Below are positions 9,818 to 19,710 of a stretch of DNA of 64,000 bases, one piece after another. Each line of letters opens with the position of its first letter. Within the stretch, counting starts at the first letter, position 1. The notes under the pieces are model-generated. The model was not told the origin of the DNA. It worked only from the letters and a program-made list of their open reading frames with translations, and searched no databases. This DNA is from Chthoniobacteraceae bacterium (GTDB taxonomy: Bacteria > Verrucomicrobiota > Verrucomicrobiia > Chthoniobacterales > Chthoniobacteraceae), in the NCBI GenBank assembly GCA_031409335.1, contig JANNWY010000083.1, positions 32,001 through 96,000 of the forward strand, written 5' to 3'. A program made the translations under genes and the position numbers.

Positions 9818-11686
9818 ATGTGCGGCATCGCCGGTTTTTTCGATCCATCCCTGGCCGAGGCCGAGGCGCGCGTGCGTCTGGATGCCATGCTGGATCGCAT
9901 TGCCCATCGCGGCCCGGACGGCGTGGGCGCGCACATCGCCAGCGGACTCGCGATCGCGATGCGGCGACTCAGCATCATCGACCTAGCAGGCGGCTGGCAG
10001 CCGGTGTGGAACGAGGACCACACGATCGGCATCGTTTTCAACGGCGAGATTTACAACTACATCGAACTCACCGCGCAGCTCACCGCCGCCGGGCACGTTT
10101 TCCGCACGCATTCCGACACCGAAGTGCTCGTGCATCTTTACGAAGAGCGCGGGCTCGAGATGTTCGAGTCGCTGCGCGGGATGTTCGGCTTTGCCCTGCT
10201 CGACACGCGCCAGCGACGGCTGGTGCTGGCGCGCGATCATTTCGGGCAGAAACCAATTTACTACACGCGCGACGGCGAGCGGTTCGCGTTCGCGTCTGAA
10301 TTGAAAAGTCTGCTCGCGGTGCCGTGGGTGAATCGCGACCGCGATCCCGATGCCTATCTCGACTACGCCGGCTGGCTCGCGCTGCCGTCGCCGCGCACGC
10401 ATTTCCGCGCGATTCACAAACTTCCCGCGGGCAGTTTTCTGACGCTGCCACTCGATGGTTCCGGCGGGCCGGTGGTGAAAAAATACTGGTCGTACGATCT
10501 GAATGCCGCGCCTGATCTCACGACGCTGGAACCCGCCGTCGATGCGCTCGACACCGCGCTCGCGGATTCGGTGAAAGTGCATCTCCGCGCGGATGTCCCC
10601 GTCGGCGTGCTCCTCAGCAGCGGGCTCGATAGTCGCGTGGTCACGGCGTACGCGCAGGAATTGCAGGGCGGGCAAATGCAGACCTTCACGGTCGGCTTTG
10701 GCGGGCCGGATTCCGAGATGATCGGCGCGGCGGAAACGGCGCGCGAGATTCGCTCGAAACATCACGCGCTCGAACTCAGCGCGAGCGATTTGCTTGACAA
10801 CATCGTCCGCATCGCGTGGCACCTCGATGAACCCGTCGGCGATCCCGCCGCGTTCGCGGTGCTGAAGGTCTGCGAACTCGCACGCCACCACGTAAAAGTG
10901 CTGCTCTCCGGCGAAGGCTCGGACGAACTTTTTGCCGGATACGACGCGCGCTACAGCGGGATGCTCGCGACGCTGAACCGCTCGGAAAAACTGCGGAAAT
11001 TCGCGCCGCTCCTGCCAGAAGCGGACCCGGCGGGAATGCCCTCGCGGTGGAATCGGCTGCGCACCCGCGCGCATCACAGCCGCGCGAGCGAAGCACTGAC
11101 GCTCCGGCTCGAAGGTCTGCCCGGCGACGTGCGCACGCCGCGCGGTTTGACAGCCACGCAACTCCGCCGCCTGCGCGAACGCGCGGACGAAATCGGCGCG
11201 ATCGTGCATCGCCCGCAGCGCGACGTTTTGAGCGAACTGCTCGCGCTCGATCTCGACTGGCAGCTCGCCGAATCGCTTCTGCAAAAAGCCGACAAAATGA
11301 GCATGGGCGCATCCATCGAACTGCGCACCCCGATCCTCGACCGCCGCGTCGCCGAGGTCGCCGCGCGCATCCCTTCCGATCTCAAACTCCCACCCGGCGG
11401 CCCCGGCAAACTCGTCCTCCGCCACTGCCTCGCCCGCAAACTCCACGAGACCCTCGACCGGCCGAAACGCGGCTTCCCCGTCCCGCTCGCCGAATGGTTC
11501 CGCGGCCCGCTGCGCGAGGCAATCGAGTCCGCCCTTTTCGCAAAAAACTCCGCCGCCCTCGCAAATCTTGACGCGAAACTTTTGCACGCGGCGTGGGAAG
11601 ATTTCCTAGCCGGAAAATGGGACGGCGCGCGCGTGCTCTACTCGCTTTGGCTTTACGAAATCTGGAACGCGAAGATCGGCGAATGA
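9818..11686 (+). CDS. asnB: Asparagine synthase-family glutamine amidotransferase, probably glycan-modifying
   Basis: MCGIAG N-terminal Cys, HRGPDG, RRLSIIDL, FNGEIYN, LSSGLDS, SGEGSDELFAGY; coupled to glycosyltransferases. Confidence 0.93.
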   Translation: MCGIAGFFDPSLAEAEARVRLDAMLDRIAHRGPDGVGAHIASGLAIAMRRLSIIDLAGGWQPVWNEDHTIGIVFNGEIYNYIELTAQLTAAGHVFRTHSDTEVLVHLYEERGLEMFESLRGMFGFALLDTRQRRLVLARDHFGQKPIYYTRDGERFAFASELKSLLAVPWVNRDRDPDAYLDYAGWLALPSPRTHFRAIHKLPAGSFLTLPLDGSGGPVVKKYWSYDLNAAPDLTTLEPAVDALDTALADSVKVHLRADVPVGVLLSSGLDSRVVTAYAQELQGGQMQTFTVGFGGPDSEMIGAAETAREIRSKHHALELSASDLLDNIVRIAWHLDEPVGDPAAFAVLKVCELARHHVKVLLSGEGSDELFAGYDARYSGMLATLNRSEKLRKFAPLLPEADPAGMPSRWNRLRTRAHHSRASEALTLRLEGLPGDVRTPRGLTATQLRRLRERADEIGAIVHRPQRDVLSELLALDLDWQLAESLLQKADKMSMGASIELRTPILDRRVAEVAARIPSDLKLPPGGPGKLVLRHCLARKLHETLDRPKRGFPVPLAEWFRGPLREAIESALFAKNSAALANLDAKLLHAAWEDFLAGKWDGARVLYSLWLYEIWNAKIGE

Positions 11687-12606
11687 CCCCGCGCGTCACC
11701 ATCGCCATTCCCTGTTTCAACGCCGCGCGCTGGATCGAAACAGCCGTGCAAAGCACGCTCGATCAAACATGGCCGGAGAAGGAAACGATCGTCGTCGATG
11801 ACGGCTCGACCGATGGTTCGCTCGAAGTGCTCGCGAGTTTCGGCGAAAAAATTCGCGTCATCCGCAGCGAGCATCGCGGCGGAAACCGCGCGCGGAACAC
11901 CGCCGTCCAAGCCTCGACCGGCGAGTGGATTCAATTCCTCGACGCGGACGATTTTCTCCTGCCGCAAAAGATCACGCGCCAGTTTTCCGAAGTCGAAAAA
12001 GCGGACGCCGATGTGATTTTCAGTCCCGTGATTTTTGATCACACCGGCTGGCGTTCCGTGAATGCGGTGGACGCGAGCCGCGATGCAAAAACGCTGTGGC
12101 TCGCGTGGCAGCTCCCGCAAACCGGCGGCTGCATCTGGCGCAAAAGCGCGCTCTCCCAAATTGACGGATGGAACGAGGAAACTTCGTGTTGCCAGGAATT
12201 CGAATTGTATCTCCGCGCGATCAAAGCCGGCCTGCGATTCCGCTTCGCGCCCACCGCGAACGCGGTCTATCGCGTCTGGTCGGAGGATACGCTCTGCCGG
12301 AAAGATCCGCGCGCGGTCATCGAAGTGCGCACCCAGCTTTACCGGAATTTCGTGAGCTGGCTGCGCGAGCACCACACGCTCAGCGCGGAGCATCACGCGC
12401 TCGCTGGCCGCGCGTGTTTTGAAATGGCGCGCACGCTCGCGAAGCTCGATCCCGCCGAGGCCGCGCGTTACCACGACGAGCGCAGACGCGAGCAGTTGAT
12501 CCACGTCTCCGGCCCCGCCGCTCCCCTCGCCTATCGCGTCACCTACCACACGTTCGGCTTTTCTTTCGCCGAAAAACTCGCATCCACTCTCCGCCGCACC
12601 GCCTGA
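11683..12606 (+). CDS. Glycosyltransferase family 2
   Basis: IAIPCFNA, VVDDGSTDGS, FLDADD; ATGA overlap with asnB stop. Confidence 0.92.
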   Translation: MTPRVTIAIPCFNAARWIETAVQSTLDQTWPEKETIVVDDGSTDGSLEVLASFGEKIRVIRSEHRGGNRARNTAVQASTGEWIQFLDADDFLLPQKITRQFSEVEKADADVIFSPVIFDHTGWRSVNAVDASRDAKTLWLAWQLPQTGGCIWRKSALSQIDGWNEETSCCQEFELYLRAIKAGLRFRFAPTANAVYRVWSEDTLCRKDPRAVIEVRTQLYRNFVSWLREHHTLSAEHHALAGRACFEMARTLAKLDPAEAARYHDERRREQLIHVSGPAAPLAYRVTYHTFGFSFAEKLASTLRRTA

Positions 12607-12610
12607 TTTC

Positions 12611-13528
12611 ATGCCGCTCTTCTCGACCGTCATCCCGGTTTTCAACCGCGCGGAACTCATCCGCCCGACGCTCGACTCCGTGCTCGCGCAGGATTTCGCG
12701 GATCAGGAAGTGATCGTCGTCGATGACGGCTCGACCGACGACACGCGGCAAACGCTCGCGAGTTACGGCGGTCGCATCCGCACGCTGCATCAAAAAAACA
12801 GCGGCCCCGCAGTCGCGCGAAATCTCGGTATCGCGCAGGCGGGCGGGAGATACATCACCATTCTCGACAGCGACGATCTCTGGTTTCCGTGGACGCTCGC
12901 GACTTACGCGGAGGCGATCGCGCAGTTCGATTCGCCCGCGTTTCTCGCCGGTGCGCCCGCCGTTTTTTCCGATGAAAAGGACGTGCGCAAAATCCAGCGG
13001 ACGCCGCTCAAGGCCGAGCGTTTTCCCGACTACCTGGCGAGCGGTGATGCGTGGCGCTGGTTCGGCGCGTCGTCGTTTGTGCTGCGCACGGACGCCGTGC
13101 GCGCGGTCGGCGGATTCAGCACCGAGTGGATCAATTCCGACGACGCCGATCTCGCGCTGCGGCTCGGGCAGGCGGCGGGATTTGTGGACATCCAGGCACC
13201 CGCGACTTTTGCGTACCGCGATCACGCGGGCAGTTTGAAAACGAAGGCCGATGTCTCGTTTCGCAGCCTCAGCTACATGATCGCGCAGGAGGAATCCGGC
13301 GCGTATCCCGGCGGCAGCGCGCGGCGCCGCGAGCGATTGGAAATTCTCACCCGCCACATCCGCCCGTTCTCGTTGCAATGCCTGCGCGGCGGCGCGATCG
13401 CGCACGGCTGGAATGTGTATCGAAAAACGTTCGCGTGGCATCTCGCGCTGGGCCGCGCGAGTTACCTCGGCGCATATCCGGTGCTCACCGCGTTCCACGC
13501 GATGAAGCTCAGAAAGGTCGCCGCATGA
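12611..13528 (+). CDS. Glycosyltransferase family 2
   Basis: VIPVFNR, VVDDGSTDDT, GPAVARNLG, LDSDD. Confidence 0.92.
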   Translation: MPLFSTVIPVFNRAELIRPTLDSVLAQDFADQEVIVVDDGSTDDTRQTLASYGGRIRTLHQKNSGPAVARNLGIAQAGGRYITILDSDDLWFPWTLATYAEAIAQFDSPAFLAGAPAVFSDEKDVRKIQRTPLKAERFPDYLASGDAWRWFGASSFVLRTDAVRAVGGFSTEWINSDDADLALRLGQAAGFVDIQAPATFAYRDHAGSLKTKADVSFRSLSYMIAQEESGAYPGGSARRRERLEILTRHIRPFSLQCLRGGAIAHGWNVYRKTFAWHLALGRASYLGAYPVLTAFHAMKLRKVAA

Positions 13529-14061
13529 AATTGCTCATCCGTCTTTTCCACGGCCTCGCATCGCGGGCGCGGGCCATTTTTTACGGAATGCTCGGCGTAA
13601 AAATCGACGGCGCGTGCTGGCTGCGCGCGATCGAGATTCCGCGCGGGTATTCCGACATCCAGCTCGCGGATGGAGTGGCGCTGGATCGCGGCGTGGTGCT
13701 GCTGATTTCCGGCGAATCGCGCGGCGCGGCAAAGATCGTGATCGGACGCGCCGTTTACATCAACCGCTCGACCATCATTGACGCCAGCGAACGCATCGAG
13801 ATCGGCGCGAACGCGATGATCGGCCCGTCGTGTTACATCACGGATCACGACCACGTCGTCGGCTCCGCCGATGATCTCATGTCAAAGCCAACGCGCATCG
13901 GCGAGCGCTGCTGGATCGGCGCGCACGTCACGATTTTGAAAGGCGTGAGCATCGGCGATGACACCGTGGTCGGCGCGGGAAGTGTCGTCACGAAATCGCT
14001 GCCCGCGCGCGTGATCGCGGTCGGGAATCCCGCGCGCGTGATCCGCGAGATCGCGCCATGA
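13525..14061 (+). CDS. Hexapeptide-repeat (left-handed beta-helix) acyltransferase
   Basis: IEIGANAMIGPSCYITDHDH, IGERCWIGAHVTILKGVSIGDDTVVGAGSVVTK, GNPARV; ATGA overlaps on both sides. Confidence 0.92.
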   Translation: MKLLIRLFHGLASRARAIFYGMLGVKIDGACWLRAIEIPRGYSDIQLADGVALDRGVVLLISGESRGAAKIVIGRAVYINRSTIIDASERIEIGANAMIGPSCYITDHDHVVGSADDLMSKPTRIGERCWIGAHVTILKGVSIGDDTVVGAGSVVTKSLPARVIAVGNPARVIREIAP

Positions 14062-14963
14062 GCGCATCCGTCGCCATCTGCATCGCCACGCACAATCGCC
14101 GCGACGACCTGACCCGGACCCTGCGCGAAATTGCGCGACTCGATCCGCAGCCCACGGAGATCATCATCGCCGCCGATGGCTGCACGGACGGGACGCCGGA
14201 GTTTGTGGCAAACGAATATCCCGCCGCCCGACTCATCACCCACGTCGAAGCGCGCGGCTCGATTCCTTCGCGAAATGAGATGGCCGCCGTCTGTACGAGC
14301 GAGATTTTCCTGAGCTTGGATGACGACAGTTATCCGATCGAAACCGATTTCATTTCACGCCTCGCGCGCATGTTCGACGAAAACTCCGCGCTTGCCATCG
14401 CCTCGTTTCCCCAGCGCACCGACGAATTTCCCGCGACGCTGACACAGACCGATTTTGGCCCACCGCATTTCACCGGCACCTACGCAAATTCCGGTGCAGC
14501 CATCCGCCGCGCGGTTTTTACAAAACTCGGCGGATACCCGGATTTTTTTCAACACGCCTACGAAGAGCCCGACTTCGCGCTGCGCTGCTGCGCGGCGGGC
14601 TGGCAGGCGCGCCACGAAACTTCGCTCACGATCCGGCATCACTTCACGAGCGCACAGCGGGATGAAGTGCGCACGCATCACCGGCACGCGCGCAATGAAT
14701 TGTGGAGCGTGCTGATGCGCTGTCCCGCGCCGCAGCTTTTTGCCGTCGCGCTCTTCCGCATCGCGCGCCAGGCGGGATACGCCGCACGTCGCGGAGCGTC
14801 GTGGCTCGTGCGCGAGCCGCAGTGGTGGCGCTCGGTCCTGGCGCTCCGGCTGAAACGCGAGCCGTTGCCGTGGAAAACGTATCGCGCGTGGATGGAGCTG
14901 GTGCGTCACCCGATCCAATCGCGCGACGAGTGGGTCGCGAAATTTGGCGAGCCAAACGCGTGA
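14058..14963 (+). CDS. Glycosyltransferase family 2
   Basis: ICIATHNR, ADGCTDGT, LDDDS, GGYPDFF..YEEPD. Confidence 0.9.
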   Translation: MSASVAICIATHNRRDDLTRTLREIARLDPQPTEIIIAADGCTDGTPEFVANEYPAARLITHVEARGSIPSRNEMAAVCTSEIFLSLDDDSYPIETDFISRLARMFDENSALAIASFPQRTDEFPATLTQTDFGPPHFTGTYANSGAAIRRAVFTKLGGYPDFFQHAYEEPDFALRCCAAGWQARHETSLTIRHHFTSAQRDEVRTHHRHARNELWSVLMRCPAPQLFAVALFRIARQAGYAARRGASWLVREPQWWRSVLALRLKREPLPWKTYRAWMELVRHPIQSRDEWVAKFGEPNA

Positions 14964-14987
14964 TGAAAAACGCCCGCTGCGCACTCC

Positions 14988-15126
14988 GGGTAGCACGCTC
15001 GTCCCGCCGAAATGAACTTCCCCGCACCATCACCCCGAATTTTGCGAACGAATTCCACGGCCAATTGTTCATGAAGTCCACGAAGGCGGGACGCCTTCGC
15101 CAACGCTCGGGACGAGCGTGCTACCC
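14988..15126. repeat. GTAG-type REP doublet / MITE-like element
   Basis: Perfect 19-bp inverted repeat gggtagcacgctcgtcccg (14988-15006 / 15108-15126); internal hairpin cgaaggcg-gga-cgccttcg (15081-15099). Confidence 0.75.
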
Positions 15127-15159
15127 AGATCTACCGATCCGCTCATCTCCAGCCGACCA

Positions 15160-16290
15160 ATGAAGATTTCCTTCGCGGCGACGAATCCCTGCCACGTCTA
15201 TCCCTTTGCCGTGGAGCTAGCAAAACTCGGTGATCTCGGCGCGTATTACTCCGGCTACCCTGCGTGGAAACTCGCGCACTCCGCTGGTCTGCCGATTCGC
15301 GCACACAGCCTGCGCACGAATGTCGTCTATGGCCTGCTGAAGTATGCGCCCGAGCGGCTCCGCCCGAGTTCGCGCGCGCTCTTTCTCTGGCAGGATCGCG
15401 GGTTCGATCGCTGGACTGGCGCGCATTTGGAAGCGTGCGAATTCATCCACGGCATCCCGGGCCAGTGCCTGCACACGTTTCGCGCGGCGAGGAAAATCGG
15501 CGTGCGCACCGTGCTCAATCACGCCACCGGACCCGTGCGCGATTGGGTGCGCATCATGGAACCGGAATACCAGCGCGCTGGCCTGAAGCTCACCGACGCC
15601 TGCCCGTACGACGCCGACTATTTTCGCCGCGAGGATGAAGAGTATGCGCTCGCGGATTTCCACTGCGCGGCATCGACGGTCGTGCGGGAGCAACTCATCG
15701 CGCGCGGCATCGCAGCCTCGCGCATCTGGCTCGTCCCGTATGGCGCGGATGAGCGGATTTTCCATCGGGGAAATGCGGACGCACCGAATGCGTTTCGCAT
15801 CGTCTTTGCAGGCCAGGTCGGTTTGCGAAAAGGACTCCGCACTTTCCTCGCAGCGCTCACCCTCGCCGCGCGCGAAGACTGGCGCGTGGATTTTTTCGGC
15901 GCGGTGCTCGGCGAAGCGCGCGGTGACCTCGACGCCTATCGCGGTGCGGCCCCGCTCACCTTTCACGGAGCCGTCTCGCAACAAAAACTGGCAGACGGAT
16001 TTCGCGCCGGATCGGTGCTCGTCCTGCCGTCACTGGAAGAGGGTTTCGGCCTCGTCGTCCCGCAGGCGCTGAATTGCGGCTGCCCGGCGATCGTCAGCGA
16101 CCGCGTGGGCGCGAAAGACCTCATTCGTCACCGTGACAATGGTTCGCTTTTCAAAACGGAAAACGCGGAAGCGCTCGCGGCAGAACTCTCTTTCTGGGCG
16201 GGCAATCCGCGACGTGTGAACGAATCGCTTGGATGGTCCGCACCTGCCGCCACGCTGCTCGCCGCCAGTCGCGCCGCCGCTGGTGCATAG
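15160..16290 (+). CDS. Glycosyltransferase family 4 (GT-B fold)
   Basis: FAGQVGLRKG, VLPSLEEGFGLVVPQALNCGCPAIVSDRVG. Confidence 0.92.
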   Translation: MKISFAATNPCHVYPFAVELAKLGDLGAYYSGYPAWKLAHSAGLPIRAHSLRTNVVYGLLKYAPERLRPSSRALFLWQDRGFDRWTGAHLEACEFIHGIPGQCLHTFRAARKIGVRTVLNHATGPVRDWVRIMEPEYQRAGLKLTDACPYDADYFRREDEEYALADFHCAASTVVREQLIARGIAASRIWLVPYGADERIFHRGNADAPNAFRIVFAGQVGLRKGLRTFLAALTLAAREDWRVDFFGAVLGEARGDLDAYRGAAPLTFHGAVSQQKLADGFRAGSVLVLPSLEEGFGLVVPQALNCGCPAIVSDRVGAKDLIRHRDNGSLFKTENAEALAAELSFWAGNPRRVNESLGWSAPAATLLAASRAAAGA

Positions 16291-16353
16291 CGCGTCGTGG
16301 TCGGCGCAATATCTCTTCAATTGCGCAGCGTCTTCTGTTTATTTGGCCGATCC

Positions 16354-17664
16354 ATGAAACGAATCACCCCTGCCCGCTTTTTTCTCATCTGTCTCGCGAC
16401 GCTGTCCACATGCGCATTTGCGGACCTCGTGACCCTGAAAACGGATGAAAAGATCGAAGGCAAAATCATCGCGGAGAGCGAAACCGAAATCACGATCTCC
16501 ACGAAGGTTTCCGCCACCATCACCGACGAACGGGTCATCAAGCGGACCGAGATTAAGTCCATCACCAAGGATGCGCCCGATGAGCTGCGCTGGCAGGGCT
16601 TGAAAAATGTGAAGCTCGGCCGGAATTCGTTTCCGCTGACGTCCTACGACTTGGCAATCAATCCGTTCAACGGATTCATGGCGGAATTTCCCACCAGCAA
16701 ATTTGCCGCGGAGGCGAAGAAGCTGGCGGACGAATTCGCCGCGGAAAAGAAACGGGTGGAGGCAGGCGAGGTGAAGCTCGACGAAAAGTGGCTGAGCAAG
16801 GAGGAGGCGCTGAAGGAAGGCGTCCAGATCAAGGCATTGACCGCGTTTAACTACATGAAGGATCAAAGCACGCGGGATATGACCGGCGCGCTCAATACCC
16901 TTGATGCGATCGAGAAAAATTTCCCTGGCACGCGCGCGTATCCCGACGCGGTCGAGTACGCGCAAAAGATGCTCCCTGCGCTGAAGGCCGAAGTGGACCG
17001 CCGGAGCAAGGCGCTCGCCGCCCAAAAGATCGAGCAAACCGATGCCATCAAGAAACTCACCGGGCCTGACAAAACCAAGCTGGAGAATGAGCGCAAGGGA
17101 GTTCAAACCGCCTTGGACGCCAACGTGAGCGCGGCGGAAAAGCTGGGTCTCAAATGGCTTCCGCTGAGCCCCGCCAACGAGCGGAGCTTGAAGATTCTCG
17201 AGACGAAGATTTCATCCGAGACCCAGCGCCTTGCGAATATCCCGATCGCGAAAATGCGCGCGTCGATTCAAACTGCGTTGAAGGCCAGGACGCTGCTGGA
17301 AGCGAAAGATCTCGATGGCGCGACCGCTGCGCTCACGCAGGCCTCGGCGGATTGGTCGAACAACGAAATCGCCACACGCCTGCGCACCGAACTCGAAGCA
17401 GCCCGGAAAATCGCTGCCGCCACACCCGCCGCGGAAATCGCGCCAGCAGCGCCCGAAGTCGCCGCGGTGGAAACCAAGCCAGCCAAGACCGAGACCAGCG
17501 ACACTTCCGCCGAGCCGGTGGCGGAGCAGGTCGATAGCGACAAGCCTTTCCTGCTCACTCCGGGAGGTGCGGTGACCGTCGTGATCCTGGTGGGGCTCGT
17601 GGTCGCCGCCTTCAGCGCGATCAAGAAAATCAAAGCCAGAGCGAACGACGACGGCCAGGAATAA
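16354..17664 (+). CDS. Exported alpha-helical protein with C-terminal membrane anchor (resembles verrucomicrobial PTPDL family)
   Basis: Signal peptide (..STCAFA-DLVTLKTDEKIEGKII), Ala/Lys/Glu-rich body, Ala/Pro linker, C-terminal TM helix followed by KKIK. Family name from memory. Confidence 0.65.
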   Translation: MKRITPARFFLICLATLSTCAFADLVTLKTDEKIEGKIIAESETEITISTKVSATITDERVIKRTEIKSITKDAPDELRWQGLKNVKLGRNSFPLTSYDLAINPFNGFMAEFPTSKFAAEAKKLADEFAAEKKRVEAGEVKLDEKWLSKEEALKEGVQIKALTAFNYMKDQSTRDMTGALNTLDAIEKNFPGTRAYPDAVEYAQKMLPALKAEVDRRSKALAAQKIEQTDAIKKLTGPDKTKLENERKGVQTALDANVSAAEKLGLKWLPLSPANERSLKILETKISSETQRLANIPIAKMRASIQTALKARTLLEAKDLDGATAALTQASADWSNNEIATRLRTELEAARKIAAATPAAEIAPAAPEVAAVETKPAKTETSDTSAEPVAEQVDSDKPFLLTPGGAVTVVILVGLVVAAFSAIKKIKARANDDGQE

Positions 17665-17671
17665 GGAACCC

Positions 17672-18259
17672 ATGACACGCACCGCCAAAATCCATCGCAA
17701 GACGAGCGAGACTGCCATCCAGATCGATCTCACAATCGATGGAAGCGGCACGAGCAGCATCGCGACCAAGATTCCGTTCTTCGATCACATGCTCACGCTT
17801 TTTGCGCGGCACAGTCTCATCGATCTCACCGTCGAGGCCGATGGCGACATCGAGGTGGACTTTCACCACACCGTCGAGGACACGGGCATAGCGCTCGGGC
17901 AGGCATTCGCCCAAGCGCTCGGCGACAAGCGCGGCATCCGCCGCTACGGCTGGGCGCTGCTGCCGATGGATGAAACCCTCTCGCGCGTCGTCGTCGATTT
18001 CAGCGGACGCCCATTCCTCGAATACCGCGCGCCGGAATCGGTCGCGTCGATCGGCGGCTTTCCGTTTCAGTTGGTGGAGGAATTCCTGCGCGGTTTCTCG
18101 GTCCACGCTGGCTGCAATTTGCACGCCGAAATCCTCTACGGACGCGACGCTCACCACATGGCCGAGGCGATTTTCAAAGGGCTCGCGAAAGCGGTGGATC
18201 AAGCGTGTCAGCTCGATCCGCGCGTCGTCGGAATTCCAAGCACGAAGGGGATGCTCTGA
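17672..18259 (+). CDS. hisB: Imidazoleglycerol-phosphate dehydratase
   Basis: FFDHML, DFHHTVEDTGIALG, PMDE, DAHHMAEAIFK, PSTKG. Confidence 0.97.
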   Translation: MTRTAKIHRKTSETAIQIDLTIDGSGTSSIATKIPFFDHMLTLFARHSLIDLTVEADGDIEVDFHHTVEDTGIALGQAFAQALGDKRGIRRYGWALLPMDETLSRVVVDFSGRPFLEYRAPESVASIGGFPFQLVEEFLRGFSVHAGCNLHAEILYGRDAHHMAEAIFKGLAKAVDQACQLDPRVVGIPSTKGML

Positions 18260-18268
18260 ATTTATCAG

Positions 18269-18350
18269 TTAGGATTTAGGAATTAGGATTTGGCCCGCCG
18301 CTCGGACGCCGCTTCGAATTCCTAAATCCTAATTCCTGGTTCCTAAATCC
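18269..18350. repeat. Inverted pair of heptamer tandem arrays (TTAGGAW / AAWTCCT)
   Basis: ttaggat-ttaggaa-ttaggat ... aattcct-aaatcct-aattcct-ggttcct-aaatcc; 16-bp perfect IR at 18269-18284 / 18317-18332. Confidence 0.8.
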
Positions 18351-18959
18351 ATGCTCGCCCTCATCGACTACGGTAGCGGCAATATCCGCAGCGTCACGAA
18401 TGCGCTCCTGCGCGAGCACGGTGATGTGGAACTCGTGAGTGATCCCGCGCGGCTCGCGGATGCGGATGCGATCGTGCTTCCGGGAGTCGGTGCGTTTGGC
18501 GATTGCGTGCGCGGGCTGGAGTCGCGCGGGCTTTGGGAGCCGCTGGCGGCTTGGCTCGCGGCGGACAAGCCGTTCCTCGGAATCTGCGTCGGCTACCAAA
18601 TGCTTTTCGACGAGAGCGAGGAATCGCCAGGAGTTCGCGGATTCGGATTTTTCCCGGGGAAAGTAAAACGCTTTTCCACGCCGGGACTGAAAGTCCCGCA
18701 GATCGGCTGGAACCAGCTCGACCTCGCCGCGCATTCGCTCTGGCGCGGGCTCCCGGCGAATCCGCACGTCTATTTCGTCCACTCGTATTTCCCCGCGCCG
18801 ACCGATGATTCAGTCGTCACGTCCCGCTCCACCTACGGTGAAACCTTCGCCGCCAGCGCAGCTCGCGGTCGCGTGGCCGCGGTGCAATTTCACCCGGAAA
18901 AGAGCCAGGACGTCGGGCTCGGCATCTTGCGGAATTTCATCGCGGCAACCCGCGCTTGA
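18351..18959 (+). CDS. hisH: Imidazole glycerol phosphate synthase, glutaminase subunit
   Basis: IDYGSGN, LPGVGAF, LGICVGYQ, YFVHSY, QFHPEKS. Confidence 0.97.
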   Translation: MLALIDYGSGNIRSVTNALLREHGDVELVSDPARLADADAIVLPGVGAFGDCVRGLESRGLWEPLAAWLAADKPFLGICVGYQMLFDESEESPGVRGFGFFPGKVKRFSTPGLKVPQIGWNQLDLAAHSLWRGLPANPHVYFVHSYFPAPTDDSVVTSRSTYGETFAASAARGRVAAVQFHPEKSQDVGLGILRNFIAATRA

Positions 18960-18990
18960 GCCGCACTGGATCGGAGTTACGCTTTTCAAG

Positions 18991-19239
18991 ATGAGCACCG
19001 CCGCTTCACCCGAACCAAAAGACGCAGAACAACTGCGCGCGGACCTCGCCGAAAAAATTCGTGGCATGGATGAAACGCACCTGCGTCTGACGACCACGTT
19101 GTTGCGCGAGATCGAGATGAGCGAAACTCTTGCCGAGCTTGATGAAGCCTTCGACGCGGCGCGGTGCGAAGGTCGGCTTTCCCCCGAGCATATTCAGGCA
19201 GCGATCGCCGCGCATCGGCAACGGCATCCCTATCGATGA
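18991..19239 (+). CDS. Putative antitoxin (82 aa)
   Basis: Small acidic helical ORF whose stop overlaps (ATGA) the start of the PIN gene; call rests on position. Confidence 0.65.
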   Translation: MSTAASPEPKDAEQLRADLAEKIRGMDETHLRLTTTLLREIEMSETLAELDEAFDAARCEGRLSPEHIQAAIAAHRQRHPYR

Positions 19240-19652
19240 CCGTCTGCCTCGACACGAATGTGTTGATCCAGATGTTCGGTGGACGGGCGCAGTGGAGGCC
19301 GCTGCGCGACGCGCTTTTCCTCGGTCGCCTCGAATGGGCGATCTCAACTTCCATCCTCATGGAGTATCAGGAAATCGTCAGCGAGCGGATGGGTGCGCGA
19401 CGATGGCAGCAAGTGGCGGCGTTTGTGGATTTCCTCGCCGAAGTGCGCGGAACCGTTCGGCACGTGGAGCCGAGCTTTCAATTCCGGGTGATTGTTCACG
19501 ATGCGGACGACAACAAATTTACCGACTGCGCAATCGCGGCGCAGGCCGATTTCGTGATCACGGACGACGGGCACTTTGCTCCGCTCGAAGACGCGGGCTA
19601 CCGGCCCAAGCCAATTTCGCCGGTGGAATTCCTGCGCCGTCATCTGCACTGA
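19236..19652 (+). CDS. PIN-domain toxin (VapC-like)
   Basis: VCLDTNVL, ILMEY, DADDNKFTDCAIAAQADFVITDDGHF: PIN acidic residues present. Confidence 0.9.
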   Translation: MTVCLDTNVLIQMFGGRAQWRPLRDALFLGRLEWAISTSILMEYQEIVSERMGARRWQQVAAFVDFLAEVRGTVRHVEPSFQFRVIVHDADDNKFTDCAIAAQADFVITDDGHFAPLEDAGYRPKPISPVEFLRRHLH

Positions 19653-19710
19653 CGAGGAGATGCTTGCAGCCCGCGCCCGTTCCTCGGCATCGTCCCCACC
19701 TTCTCATTCC

